DNA of 63,976 bases, filler included, from Fonticula-like sp. SCN 57-25 (Eukaryota), in NCBI GenBank assembly GCA_001724245.1. It is 4 parts of 4 records of this genome, joined end to end, with 100 filler letters (N's around TTAATTAATTAA, not from the genome) between each part and the next. Parts side by side here need not be neighbours in the genome. Positions count along the whole stretch, not along the records: positions 16,015 to 32,569 come from MEDX01000133.1; positions 32,670 to 48,514 come from MEDX01000134.1; 2 more parts are not named here. The stretch is one strand, 5' to 3'. The position numbers and the translations under genes are program-made. Below the pieces are notes generated by a model. The model made no database searches and was not told where the DNA came from. It saw nothing but the letters and a program-made list of their open reading frames with translations. This document shows, one piece after another, positions 25,498 to 35,104 of the stretch (position 1 is the first letter of the stretch; every line of letters begins with the position of its first letter).

Positions 25498-26445
25498 ATG
25501 CCAAAGGTGCAGGCGATTCGGGAGCCGACGAATCCCATATTCACGGTAGTTTTGGTTGAATGGAGCGAGGAAGAGTACCGCCGCAATAAGGCGAACGCGC
25601 CGACAATTGCGCGCGGCCAGGATCTTTTTGTATTGGATGCGCGCGTTGTCGCCGCCAAGCCCGTGTCATCGACGCTCGGGGCGCTGAATACGGCGCTGGG
25701 CACGCCGCGTGATGGCCTCAAGTGGCCGACGGCGGAGCATCTGATGCGCTGCGCGGGCTGCTTCAAGCCTCAGCAGGACGGCAAGCCCGCTTATTACGTC
25801 ACGTGTCTATTGCAAAAGGCGACGCCCGGCAAGCCGGTCGTGAACGGTGCGGCGACGAGCTGGCAGGTGCGCGAGTTCCCGCGGCTCGTGTGCGCCAATT
25901 GCTTTTCCTCGTGGCACAAGATGGCGCCGGCCATTGTGTACCGCCCGCTGGACCAGGCCGGCAGCGTGCTGAGCGTGCTCGTTTCGTGGGGATCGTCGCT
26001 GGATCACGGCGTGATCGAGCTGCTCGATCGGCTCGGGCGATTGCTACAGGCACAGACGCCGAGCTCCGTCTTTGCGGGGCTGCAAGCAAAGCAGGCGGCG
26101 GTCGCGGCCGCGGCCACACCAAAGATAACCGCCAGGGCGCCGGGGACGCAGACTGCAGCGACGACGACGACGAAAAAGGGGGCAGCGTCGCCGCTTTTTC
26201 TCCACTGCTCGCTCGAAGGGCTCCTGATCGACTTTGAAAACTTGCCGAAAACGCCGCAGTGCAATTACTGCGAGAGCGCTTCGCAGCGGCTGAGGCGGTG
26301 CAGCGGATGCTACGTGGTGAGCTACTGCTCCGTGTCGCACAGGAACCTCGACTGGAACAGGGGGCACAAGGATGTCTGCGAGCTCGGGGTCAGGGAAGAG
26401 CACGTCCCGGGCTACGACAAGTGGGAGCCGCCGCCATTTGGATAA
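25498..26445 (+). CDS. MYND-type zinc-finger protein
   Basis: C-terminal CNYC-x7-CSGC-x5-CSVSH-x8-HKDVC. Extra CAGC/CANC pairs in an unrecognised N-terminal domain. Intronless. Confidence 0.8.
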   Translation: MPKVQAIREPTNPIFTVVLVEWSEEEYRRNKANAPTIARGQDLFVLDARVVAAKPVSSTLGALNTALGTPRDGLKWPTAEHLMRCAGCFKPQQDGKPAYYVTCLLQKATPGKPVVNGAATSWQVREFPRLVCANCFSSWHKMAPAIVYRPLDQAGSVLSVLVSWGSSLDHGVIELLDRLGRLLQAQTPSSVFAGLQAKQAAVAAAATPKITARAPGTQTAATTTTKKGAASPLFLHCSLEGLLIDFENLPKTPQCNYCESASQRLRRCSGCYVVSYCSVSHRNLDWNRGHKDVCELGVREEHVPGYDKWEPPPFG

Positions 26446-26542
26446 CTAAATTGATAGGAAACAGCCTTTTTGGCCACGTGTATTATGCTTGTCTCATTCG
26501 TTCTGTGTTGTACATTTCAATAGAATACATTTGCTGGGTAGA

Positions 26543-27228
26543 TCACGGACGCCAGTACTTTACAATGAACAGCCGCTCGCGGCCAGCGCGGCGCTCAAGA
26601 ACAGTTTTGGAAGTAAAGCCAAACGGCGCGAGAATTGCGGCGATCTCGGCAAGATCGTTCTCGGGCACGAGGACCATGTAGAGCACGCCGTGCCGCGACA
26701 GGAGCATCTAAGTGAGGATTAGAAGGCAAAAAAACGAGAGAATAAAGGACGAACCGCCATTTTCTCGGGAATTAGACGGTCAATGACGCGACGGCCGCGC
26801 TCGCCGCCTGCCCATGCGGCAGCGAGGTCCCGCGTGCCGACTTCCTCGTCGGGTGTCGGCACGTACGGCGGGTTGAACAGCACGACATCGACCTTGCCAT
26901 CGAGCCCGTCGAGGCCGGCAAGCAGATCTGTGCACACAACATCCACGTAAACGCCGTTCTTCTCTGCTGTTAACCTCGTTGCCGCCACTGCGCGCTCATT
27001 AATGTCCACCGCAAAGAACGCGCACGATCCACGCGCAACGTTCATCCCCAGAAACGTGATGGCGATCCCCGAGCCGGATCCGATTTCAAGCGCGATTCGC
27101 GGCCGCAGAGCATGAATGGCCGCCATGTCCGCCTCCAGGGCGTCTAGTAAAAGAAAAGAGTCCTCGGCCGGCTCATACACGCTCTCAAAGAGCTCGCCGC
27201 GCGCATGGTCCAGATTCGGTGTCGCCAT
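26543..27228 (-). CDS. N6AMT1: eRF1 glutamine methyltransferase HemK2/Mtq2, one intron (~26708-26754)
   Basis: VYEPAEDSFLLLDALE, LEIGSGSG, VLFNPPYVPT and AWAGGERGRRVIDR. The second exon ends ERRAGRERLFIVKYWRP. Confidence 0.93.
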
Positions 27229-27800
27229 GGCAGGATGACACACCGTTTGAAATCTGGCGGGAAAACCTGGAAATTAATGAAAGGAAAGAACAAGAGAGAG
27301 AGTGAAAGCACAGAGAAAGAAAAGCCAAAAGCGTAAACACATATAACAATACAACAGCACACCAATAAACTAATGTAAAACGGCGAAAAATGCGAGGAAA
27401 TTTGCCAAAATATGACCGAAATACGCGTGAAACACTTTTTTGAACGTCCATGTGCGCACGCCGCACTGTAGCGAATACGCTCTAAAAGGCAAAGCTATGC
27501 ATGAAAATGTTATCAAATGGACTTTCTCATATGGACATAACAGTGTGGATTGTAGTGATACATTGCAAAAAGTCAACGGCACGAACCGCCGCAATAACAA
27601 GCGGCGAGCGGGATGTACAGAGCGCGAGCGATAGATCGAGATAAACAACGTGCAACAATGACCGCAAAAGGAACACAGCACGGCCTCAAGCCAGTGAAAT
27701 CAGGGCGGGAATAAGAAAAATGGGCGCCTCCGAGCGTGCCCGCGGCAGCAAAAACATATTTTTTTATCGACAAATTCATATCAGATCATCTTGTTTTCTC

Positions 27801-30207
27801 TCACGGCATCATGATGCGCGCGTGGTGCGTCAAGATCTGCTCGACGACGCCGTTCTGCACACCGATATTCATAAAGTTTTCTGTACGCGCGCGAAGCAGC
27901 GTCGGCCCAAAGACAATGCTCAAATTGGAAATTTCCATCCTGTTGACCGACGCGAGCGACGCCACGCGGAGCAAGTGCGCCGTCATGTACTTTAGCACGG
28001 CGAGGTGCGACGGCGGCAGCAGCTGCACAGTGCGGCGCAGAGCGGCAATGCGCTCGTCAAGGTCGGGAAGACGGCTCGAGTCGAGGAACTGGTCGTAAAG
28101 GTCGTATGTGAAGAGCGGCTCGGGAAGTTCGCGGAAGAAGAATTTGAGCAGGCCAGTAAGGTTGTTAATGTCCGCGCAGCGCGGGTCAGTAGCAAAGTCT
28201 ATCTGCTCATCTGTAAAAAAAGAGCAAAAAAAGTCAGTAAAATACGAACTAAAAAGAATGAAAATGACAATAACAAGCACGAAAATTCCAAAAACATCAC
28301 CAAAACCAACCACTTTTACCCCCCCAAAACGTACTCTGATCGAGAGCGATGCGGAGCTGGCTCATGGTCGCCGAGTTACCCGACGTCCTGTAGATTCCCT
28401 CCTGGTTGATCCCCCTCTTCTCGATGGCCAGCACACAGTTTGAAATGATTGGCGGGATCCCATTAACACGCTTGAACAGCACCTCAAGCCGCACGCAGAA
28501 CCAGTGCGTGAGGTAACCCTGCTCGACCATGACATCGGCGCTGGGCCGGTGCGCCAGCTGTTGCGCGAGCTTCTCCTTGATGGCGTCCTTTTTGTTGACG
28601 CGCACCGGCACGGTAAACTCCTTGACGCCCTGCTCGGCCCTGCGCGCCTCGCCTTCGGCGCACAGAGCCTCAACCCAGCCGCGCATGTCCTTCTGGTCGA
28701 CCGCCTGCATCAGCAGCTCGCCGCCGCTCGGCATCGAAAAGCTAAAGACGTGCTTCTTGTTCTTGTACGAGTACGGCGCAGTGCCAACGACGCTCAGGTC
28801 GACGGCGAGCAGCGGCTTGATCGCGTCGCGGCGGCCGCGCGTCGTTCCTTTCTTGTTCACATTGCGCTGAAGCACAAAGGGGTCGTCCTTGAAGCACAGA
28901 ATAAAGCCTTGGTGAACGACGGAAAAGGTCTCGAACCACTTGCGGTCGGGGGCGCGGCGGCCGTCCACGCTGCGGTCAACCTTGATGAGAAGGGCGCCGG
29001 CGCGTCGCGTCTTGGCGCCGCCAAGAACGTCAGCAGTAATCCGCTCAGCGGCCTGCGGCGACGACGCGCTGCCGACAGCAGCGGCGGCGGCGGCAGCGGC
29101 CACAGCAGTGCCATCGTCCGAAAGCGGGCCTTCGGGCGTGCGCTCAGGGGCAGCCGAGGCGCTGCTATCGACATTCAGCGACGCGAGCGACGGCGCCTGC
29201 TGACGCATAGGGGCGGCCGCCGCAGTGCTCGAAAGGTCCGACGCGATCGACGTCGACTTGCTCATGCTTGCCGACGGGTTCGCAAGCGGCGGGTCCCACT
29301 GCGTCGTGCGCGTCAACGCATTGTAATAGTACGTGCGGCCATTGTCGTCCTTGGCCTCGCGCCAGTTGGGCAGCAGGCCGCCATTGTCATGGACAGGAGC
29401 GGCGGGGGCGGCAGGGGCGGCGCGCGCGGGCGTCGGGGCGGGCGCGGTGGGAGCGGGCGCCGTCGAGCGAGCAGGCGCAGCGGGGGCAGGAGCGGGGGAA
29501 GCTGCGCGCGCCGGGGCCACCGGGGCGGCGGCGGCAGCAGCAGCAGCGACGGCAGGGGCAGAAGGTGCCGGAGCCGCCGGAGCAGCGGCCGCAGACGTCA
29601 TACCAGCCGGCACAGTCCACGACGTCTCCTTGGTCGCCGAGTTGTAGTAGTAGACGCGGCCGTCCGGCGCCGTCGCCTGCTTCCACACGCCAGCGGTGTT
29701 TAGCGAAAAGGCGGGCGCGACGGGCGACGACGCAGAGCTCGCGCTCGGCGAGGCGGATGCCGACAGTGACTCGGAATGCGGGGGGGCATCGACGAGGGGA
29801 GCGCCGAGCGTCTTGCCAAGCTTGGCGGCGAGCGCGCTAATGTTGCGAGAGCGGCGGTGCGAGGCGGTGTCGACCGTCGCGGGCTCGTCAAGAACAGAAG
29901 CGGGCTCATCAATTGAGGGAATTGATGCCGACAGCGATGCCGCCGCAGGGGACGCCGCAGGGGCCGGAGCCGATGGCGCAGATTCACGGGGCGTGGTGGG
30001 TACAGAAGTGGTTTCCCGGGGAGCTTCTTCTGGGGGAACGAGCTTCACATAGTTTGCCGGGAGAAAGCCGCGGCGGCCTTCGTAGCAGCCGTCCCACCAG
30101 TCGGGATTGTCTGTCGACAAGATTTCGAAAACAGCACCCTTGGGAAAGGACAGCTCGTTGTCCTCGTTCCCCTTGTAGGCCCACTGGGCGCGCACGTACC
30201 GCTTCAT
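27801..30207 (-). CDS. ARHGAP12: RhoGAP with SH3-WW-WW-PH-RPEL-RhoGAP architecture (ARHGAP12/9/27 family); intron ~28211-28334
   Basis: SH3 (AQWAY...ELSF...WWDG...GFLPANYV), two WW domains (GRVYYYN, GRTYYYN), a PH domain, an RPEL-like LAQQLAHRPSADVMVEQGYL, and GAP motifs EGIYRTSG/LKFFFRELPEPL/NLSIVFGPTLL. Confidence 0.85.
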
Positions 30208-30782
30208 ATCTCTATATGCGGCGCGGTTACGGCGCTACAACGCGGAAAGCGCACGCAGGTAGCGGCGGCAAAAGAAAAAAGTCCGCTAGGCGGGCTTTGA
30301 TCCACGAAAACAAAGGGAAAGACGGGCAAAAAATGCGACGCGATAGGATGCTAATCCAATCACGTTCACAGCGCCGCGTTTAGACGGTGTCTCCCCTTTC
30401 TAAGGCGTTCGCCGCTCCACTAGTGTATAGCGAGCGTGGAGATGAGCGCAACGATGCTCGATGCCGCGGACTTGGTGACTGCACGCCTGCGGTCCCCACG
30501 GTCCCTTTGGCAAAACGGTGCAAAACCTATACTAAATTCCCTCATTATGGGACAATATGGAAAAAGAACCAACTTTCTATTCGACCAATCTGGGCGCTTA
30601 CACACTGCATTCTTTCACAACAAAGATCGCAGCCGAGCACCGCGCCGGTCCTTGTACAGCACGCGACCCCCGCTATCGGCACACGCCGCGCAGCGGGAGC
30701 AAAAAAAAACGAGCAACATAACGACGAATACACACACTCACACATAAAGTCCTACAAAACGTCTCCTTTCGCATCACTCTTT

Positions 30783-32569
30783 CTAAAAGTCTAGCGGCGG
30801 CGGCGGCGGGAGCGGGCTGAATTCAGGCATTGGCGGGAGCGAATCGAGCGCGGAAAAGAGCGCGATGGGGTCGCTGGGCGGCGGCGGGAGCTCATTAAAG
30901 TCGGGCATCGGCGGGAGCGGCGGAAGCGCGCTGTCGGCCGGCCCCTGGTCGAGGCTGCCGGCGCTCTGGCGCCACGCGCCCTCGGTCGGCTCGGGGATGA
31001 TGTCCTCCTCAATGTCAGAGAATGTGAGACCCTCACTGCTCGTCGAACGCGCCGACGGCGGCGCGCTGTTGGGCAGCGGCGGCGGGCCGGCCTCGCCCGT
31101 GGCAACGACGGCCGACGGCGACGACGGCGTCTGCATCAGCGTCAGCACCGTGCGGCGCTTGCCGAGCGACTGCGGGCTCAGGTAGATGCCGTCAAAGCCC
31201 GGCGGCGGCGGCGGCGGGATAAAGTCATCCTCGCGAACGTCGTCCTCAAGTTCAAGGTCGGCCGCAACAATGTTGACGGGCGACATGGGCGTCGCGTCAA
31301 CATCAAAGTTGAGCTGCGGGCGCACTGAAAGGTAATGTCAGCGACCAAAAAGCAGCAATAAAAGGCGTACCAATGTCCTCGTTCTTGAATGAGCTGATCA
31401 CCTCGGCGAGCTGGTGGTTATTAAACATGATGGCAGTCTGGTACGCCGTGTTGCCCGCCAGATTGGTGATGTCGCGGCTGCAGCCTACACCGACCGTCAG
31501 CACCCTTCAGCGCCATCCCTGTTGCGTACCCTTGGTGAGGAGCACGCGCGCGCACTCGGTCTGCCCCTTGGTAGCGCACATGTGCAGCGCCGTGTTGCCC
31601 AGGTCGTTCACCGCGTCCATGCGGACGCCGGCGTCGACGAGCAGCTCGGTCACGTCGGCAAAGCCCGCGGCGCACGCCTGGTGCAGCTCGGTGCGCAGCT
31701 GCGTGTCGGTGACGCCGACAGGCGACCCGGCGTCGATCAGGAGCTGAGCGGGGCGGAGCTTGCCAGCGACGCACGCGTCGTACAGCGCAGTGAGATTTTG
31801 GCCGTCGCGAACGTTGGGCGAAGCGCCTCGCCGAAGCAGAGCCTGGGCAGTGTGAGTTTATGCAGAAAAGTAACAAAGAGATCGTACGGCGACCGTGCCG
31901 TGGCGACCGCGCGCCGCCGCCTTGTGGAGCGCCGTCTTGCTGTCGGCCGAGCGGTAGTCCAGGATGGCGTGGCCGTCCTCTTCGAGCATGTTGACCATGT
32001 CGATGTCGTCGGCCAGCGCGGCCAGCGAGAGCGGCGACTCGCCATTGTCCGCGAGAAAGTGCGGGTCCATCCCGCGCTCGCACATTTCGCGCGCCTTTTT
32101 GACTTGTTTCGAGGTGACGAGCTCAATAAATAGCTTTTGGTTCTTTCGCGTGTTCATCTTTTGAACCACCTTTTCGGGCAAGTCTTGAACGCGCATCTTG
32201 GGCTTGAACTCGAACGACACCTGGAGCAAAACAAATCAGCAACGACCGGAAAAAGAGCGACAGACGCGTACATTATCTGTAAAGAAATATGAGGAGAGTG
32301 TCCTTTGTTCGTCAAGAAAGAGAGACTCTGTGGGATAATACAGCCCATAGTTCCAAACGTCCTTTGCCTCATTCTCCATGGCGAGCTTATAAACCAGCTG
32401 GAGCTTGATCGCCCACACAGTATCCTCCTACACATTGCGTCAGTGATCAAATGGATAAACCAGTATCAAACGCACCGGATTCAACCGGACCGTCTTTCTC
32501 ACATTGCGCAGCGGCACAAAGAGGCGAACCATCAACATGGCCGCCTCCTTGTTCCCGGCCTGCTCCGAC
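30783..32569 (-). CDS. SHANK-like protein (SPN/FERM-F0 ubiquitin-like domain, ankyrin repeats, proline-rich tail); frame open to contig end
   Basis: Spliced: MLMVRLFVPLRNVRKTVRLNP|EDTVWAIKLQLV...WNYGLYYPTESLFLDEQRTLSSY...NTRKNQKLFIE...GMDPHF..DNGESPLSLAA...GHAILDYRSADSKTALHKAA, followed by further ankyrin repeats. This follows the Shank N-terminus closely. Confidence 0.8.
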
Positions 32570-32669
32570 NNNNNNNNNNNNNNNNNNNNNNNNNNNNNNN
32601 NNNNNNNNNNNNNTTAATTAATTAANNNNNNNNNNNNNNNNNNNNNNNNNNNNNNNNNNNNNNNNNNNN
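32570..32669. other. Artificial contig-joining linker
   Basis: Same N44-TTAATTAATTAA-N44 string. Confidence 0.98.
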
Positions 32670-32933
32670 AGGCCTCTTTCCGCACCTGTTGGGCAACTCG
32701 TCCGAAACACCGCAGCGAGGAACAGGCGAGTGAAAGGAAAAAAGAGTCGACTTTTTTTCACTCCCCGCGGCGTCGCTCTGATTGGACAGTTCCTCCTACG
32801 TCATCACCTACGTCACACGGCGTCAACCCCACGCTGATTTTTTTTTTGGCGCACCGGGGCAGTCACAAGACAGTCCAAAAAAGGGAAGTTTGTCATGATG
32901 GGCGCATATGGCCGAGACTTTCCGGGGCTCAAG

Positions 32934-32940
32934 TATAAAA
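32934..32940 (+). promoter_or_regulatory. TATA box of the fungalysin gene
   Basis: TATAAAA ~90 bp upstream of the ATG at 33028. An inverted CCAAT (ATTGG, ~32781) and two ACGTCA elements lie further upstream. Confidence 0.6.
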
Positions 32941-33027
32941 GGGAAAGACCCTCACGCCAAGTGTTTTTCAGTTTCACGGCGTCTTTTCCCCGATTCTCTG
33001 CACATCGTCGGAGAGAGGAAAGGAAAG

Positions 33028-34887
33028 ATGTCGCGCTCCATCGCTCTGTGCCTCGTGGCACTTGTGGTGGCCTCGACCGCTGCGTCGACCATGATTACCC
33101 TCCAGCAGGTGCCGGAGAAGGCCCGCGCTGATGCGCACGGCTTCTTCCCCCAAGTTGCCCGCTCGCACACGATCAAGCCTGCCGGCACCGCCGTCGTCAA
33201 GGGCAAGGCGCTGTCCATCGCCCTCGACTTTGTCCAGAAGGCTCTCCCCGGCCTCTCGTGGGAGGTTGCCAACCACTATGTCACCAAGCACAACGGCGTC
33301 ACGCACGTGTACCTCAAGCAGGAGGTGAACGGCATCCCCGTCTTCAACGGCGACCTCAACATCAACGTTGACAAGAACGGCCGCATCCTCAACATGGGCG
33401 AGTCGTTCTTCCGCGGCCAGACCCTCGATGTCATCACCAAGCCCACCATCACTGCCCTCGAGGCCCTCCGCGCCTTTGCCGACTTCCTCGGCCTCGACGC
33501 CTCGGCCGCCCGCACCGTGCGCAACTTCAACGCCACGCACGCCCGCCTCGCCGACGCCACCCTCGCCCTCTCTGAGATCCCCGCCAACCTCGTGTACGTC
33601 TACACCGAGGAGGGCGACCTTGAGCTCTCGTGGCACCTCAACCTCGAGCGCGTCGATGAGTGGTTCGATGTTGCCATTGGCGCTTCGTCCCGCCCCGGCT
33701 CCACCCTCGCGCTCGCCAACTGGGTCAACTCGGCCAGCTACTATGTCTACCCCATCGGCGTGAACGACCCCGATGATGGCGACCGCGAGCTCCTCGTGAA
33801 CCCCCACAGCGACGAGTCCCCCCTCGGCTGGCACGACCAGGGCAACGGCAACACCTTCACTGACACCCGCGGCAACAACGTGTACGCCCAGGAGAACCTT
33901 GCCGGCGGCTCGTCGTGGGAGAACAACTACCGCCCGGATGGCGGCGATGAGCTCGTGTTCGACTTCCCGATCGACTTCACCCAGGAGCCCGAGGAGTACC
34001 TCGATGCTGCCATCACCAACCTCTTCTACTGGAACAACATCATCCACGACGTCACCTACGTCTATGGCTTTGATGAGGTTTCGGGCAACTTCCAGGAGAA
34101 CAACTTTGACCTCGGCGGCAAGGGCAACGATGCCGTTCAGGCCAACGCCCAGGACGGTGCCGGCTACAACAACGCCAACTTTGCCACCCCGCCGGACGGC
34201 AGCCGCCCGCGCATGCGCATGTACGTCTGGACCACCGAGTCGCCCATGCTCGACGGTGACCTCGACAACGGCATCATCATCCACGAGTACGCCCACGGCA
34301 TCAGCAACCGCCTCACTGGCGGCCCCGCCAACTCGAACTGCCTTTCGACCTCGGAGGCCGGCGGCATGGGTGAGGGCTGGGGAGACTGCTACTCGATCGC
34401 CCTCCGCTGGCGCGAGGAGTACGACAACAGCACTGTCTTTGGCATGGGCGAGTACGCTGCCGGCGACGGCATCCGTCTCTACGACTACGCCACCAACATG
34501 ACCATCAACCCCCAGACCTACGGCTACATCAACGGCGCCCAGTACGGCGGCGTCCACGCCAAGGGTACCGTCTGGTGCACCATGCTCTACGACGTCTTCC
34601 ACGTCTACACTGACCTCCACGGCTTTGATGCTGATTGGTACGAGGGCCAGTCGGGCAGCCAGCGCTTCCTCCAGAACTTCATCGACGGCATGAAGTTCCA
34701 GCCCTGCAACCCGTCCTTTGTCGATGCCCGTGACGCTTTCCTCCTCGCCGAGGAGACCAACTACAACGGCGAGAACTACTGCGAGGTCTGGGAGGCCTTT
34801 GCCCGCCGCGGTCTCGGCGTCAGCGCCGTCTCGTCCCGCCGCAAGGTCACTGAGGCCTTTGACATCCCCGCCGAGTGCGAGGCTTAA
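33028..34887 (+). CDS. Secreted fungalysin metallopeptidase (M36) with FTP propeptide
   Basis: Signal peptide MSRSIALCLVALVVASTAA, NGVTHVYLKQEVNGIPVFNGDLNINV (FTP), TDTRGNNV, YGFDEVSGNFQ, NNANFATPPDG, HEYAHGISNRLTGG and GMGEGWGD. Intronless, extreme C-ending codon bias, AATAAA downstream. Confidence 0.95.
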   Translation: MSRSIALCLVALVVASTAASTMITLQQVPEKARADAHGFFPQVARSHTIKPAGTAVVKGKALSIALDFVQKALPGLSWEVANHYVTKHNGVTHVYLKQEVNGIPVFNGDLNINVDKNGRILNMGESFFRGQTLDVITKPTITALEALRAFADFLGLDASAARTVRNFNATHARLADATLALSEIPANLVYVYTEEGDLELSWHLNLERVDEWFDVAIGASSRPGSTLALANWVNSASYYVYPIGVNDPDDGDRELLVNPHSDESPLGWHDQGNGNTFTDTRGNNVYAQENLAGGSSWENNYRPDGGDELVFDFPIDFTQEPEEYLDAAITNLFYWNNIIHDVTYVYGFDEVSGNFQENNFDLGGKGNDAVQANAQDGAGYNNANFATPPDGSRPRMRMYVWTTESPMLDGDLDNGIIIHEYAHGISNRLTGGPANSNCLSTSEAGGMGEGWGDCYSIALRWREEYDNSTVFGMGEYAAGDGIRLYDYATNMTINPQTYGYINGAQYGGVHAKGTVWCTMLYDVFHVYTDLHGFDADWYEGQSGSQRFLQNFIDGMKFQPCNPSFVDARDAFLLAEETNYNGENYCEVWEAFARRGLGVSAVSSRRKVTEAFDIPAECEA

Positions 34888-35104
34888 GTGTTAGATCTGT
34901 CAGCAATAAAACATTGCCATTTTTATATTTTGCCACAAATGTCCACAAGTCTCAAAACATGCGCTGATTGCCCACAAATACAATCGAATGTGTCCATACC
35001 AGGTAAAGATAGATGTGCGTGAAACAGCGTCTGATTTGCTTTGTGACGTTGCCCACTATGCGTCTAATTGTTGTTTATTCTAATAATATCAAAAATGCAA
35101 GGAA

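Noticed and set aside
32974..34620. 548-aa antisense ORF over fungalysin, and the many other long overlapping ORFs inside SPG11, THADA, ADCY10 and others
   Set aside because: Shadow ORFs caused by high GC and strong codon bias, with no recognisable motifs.
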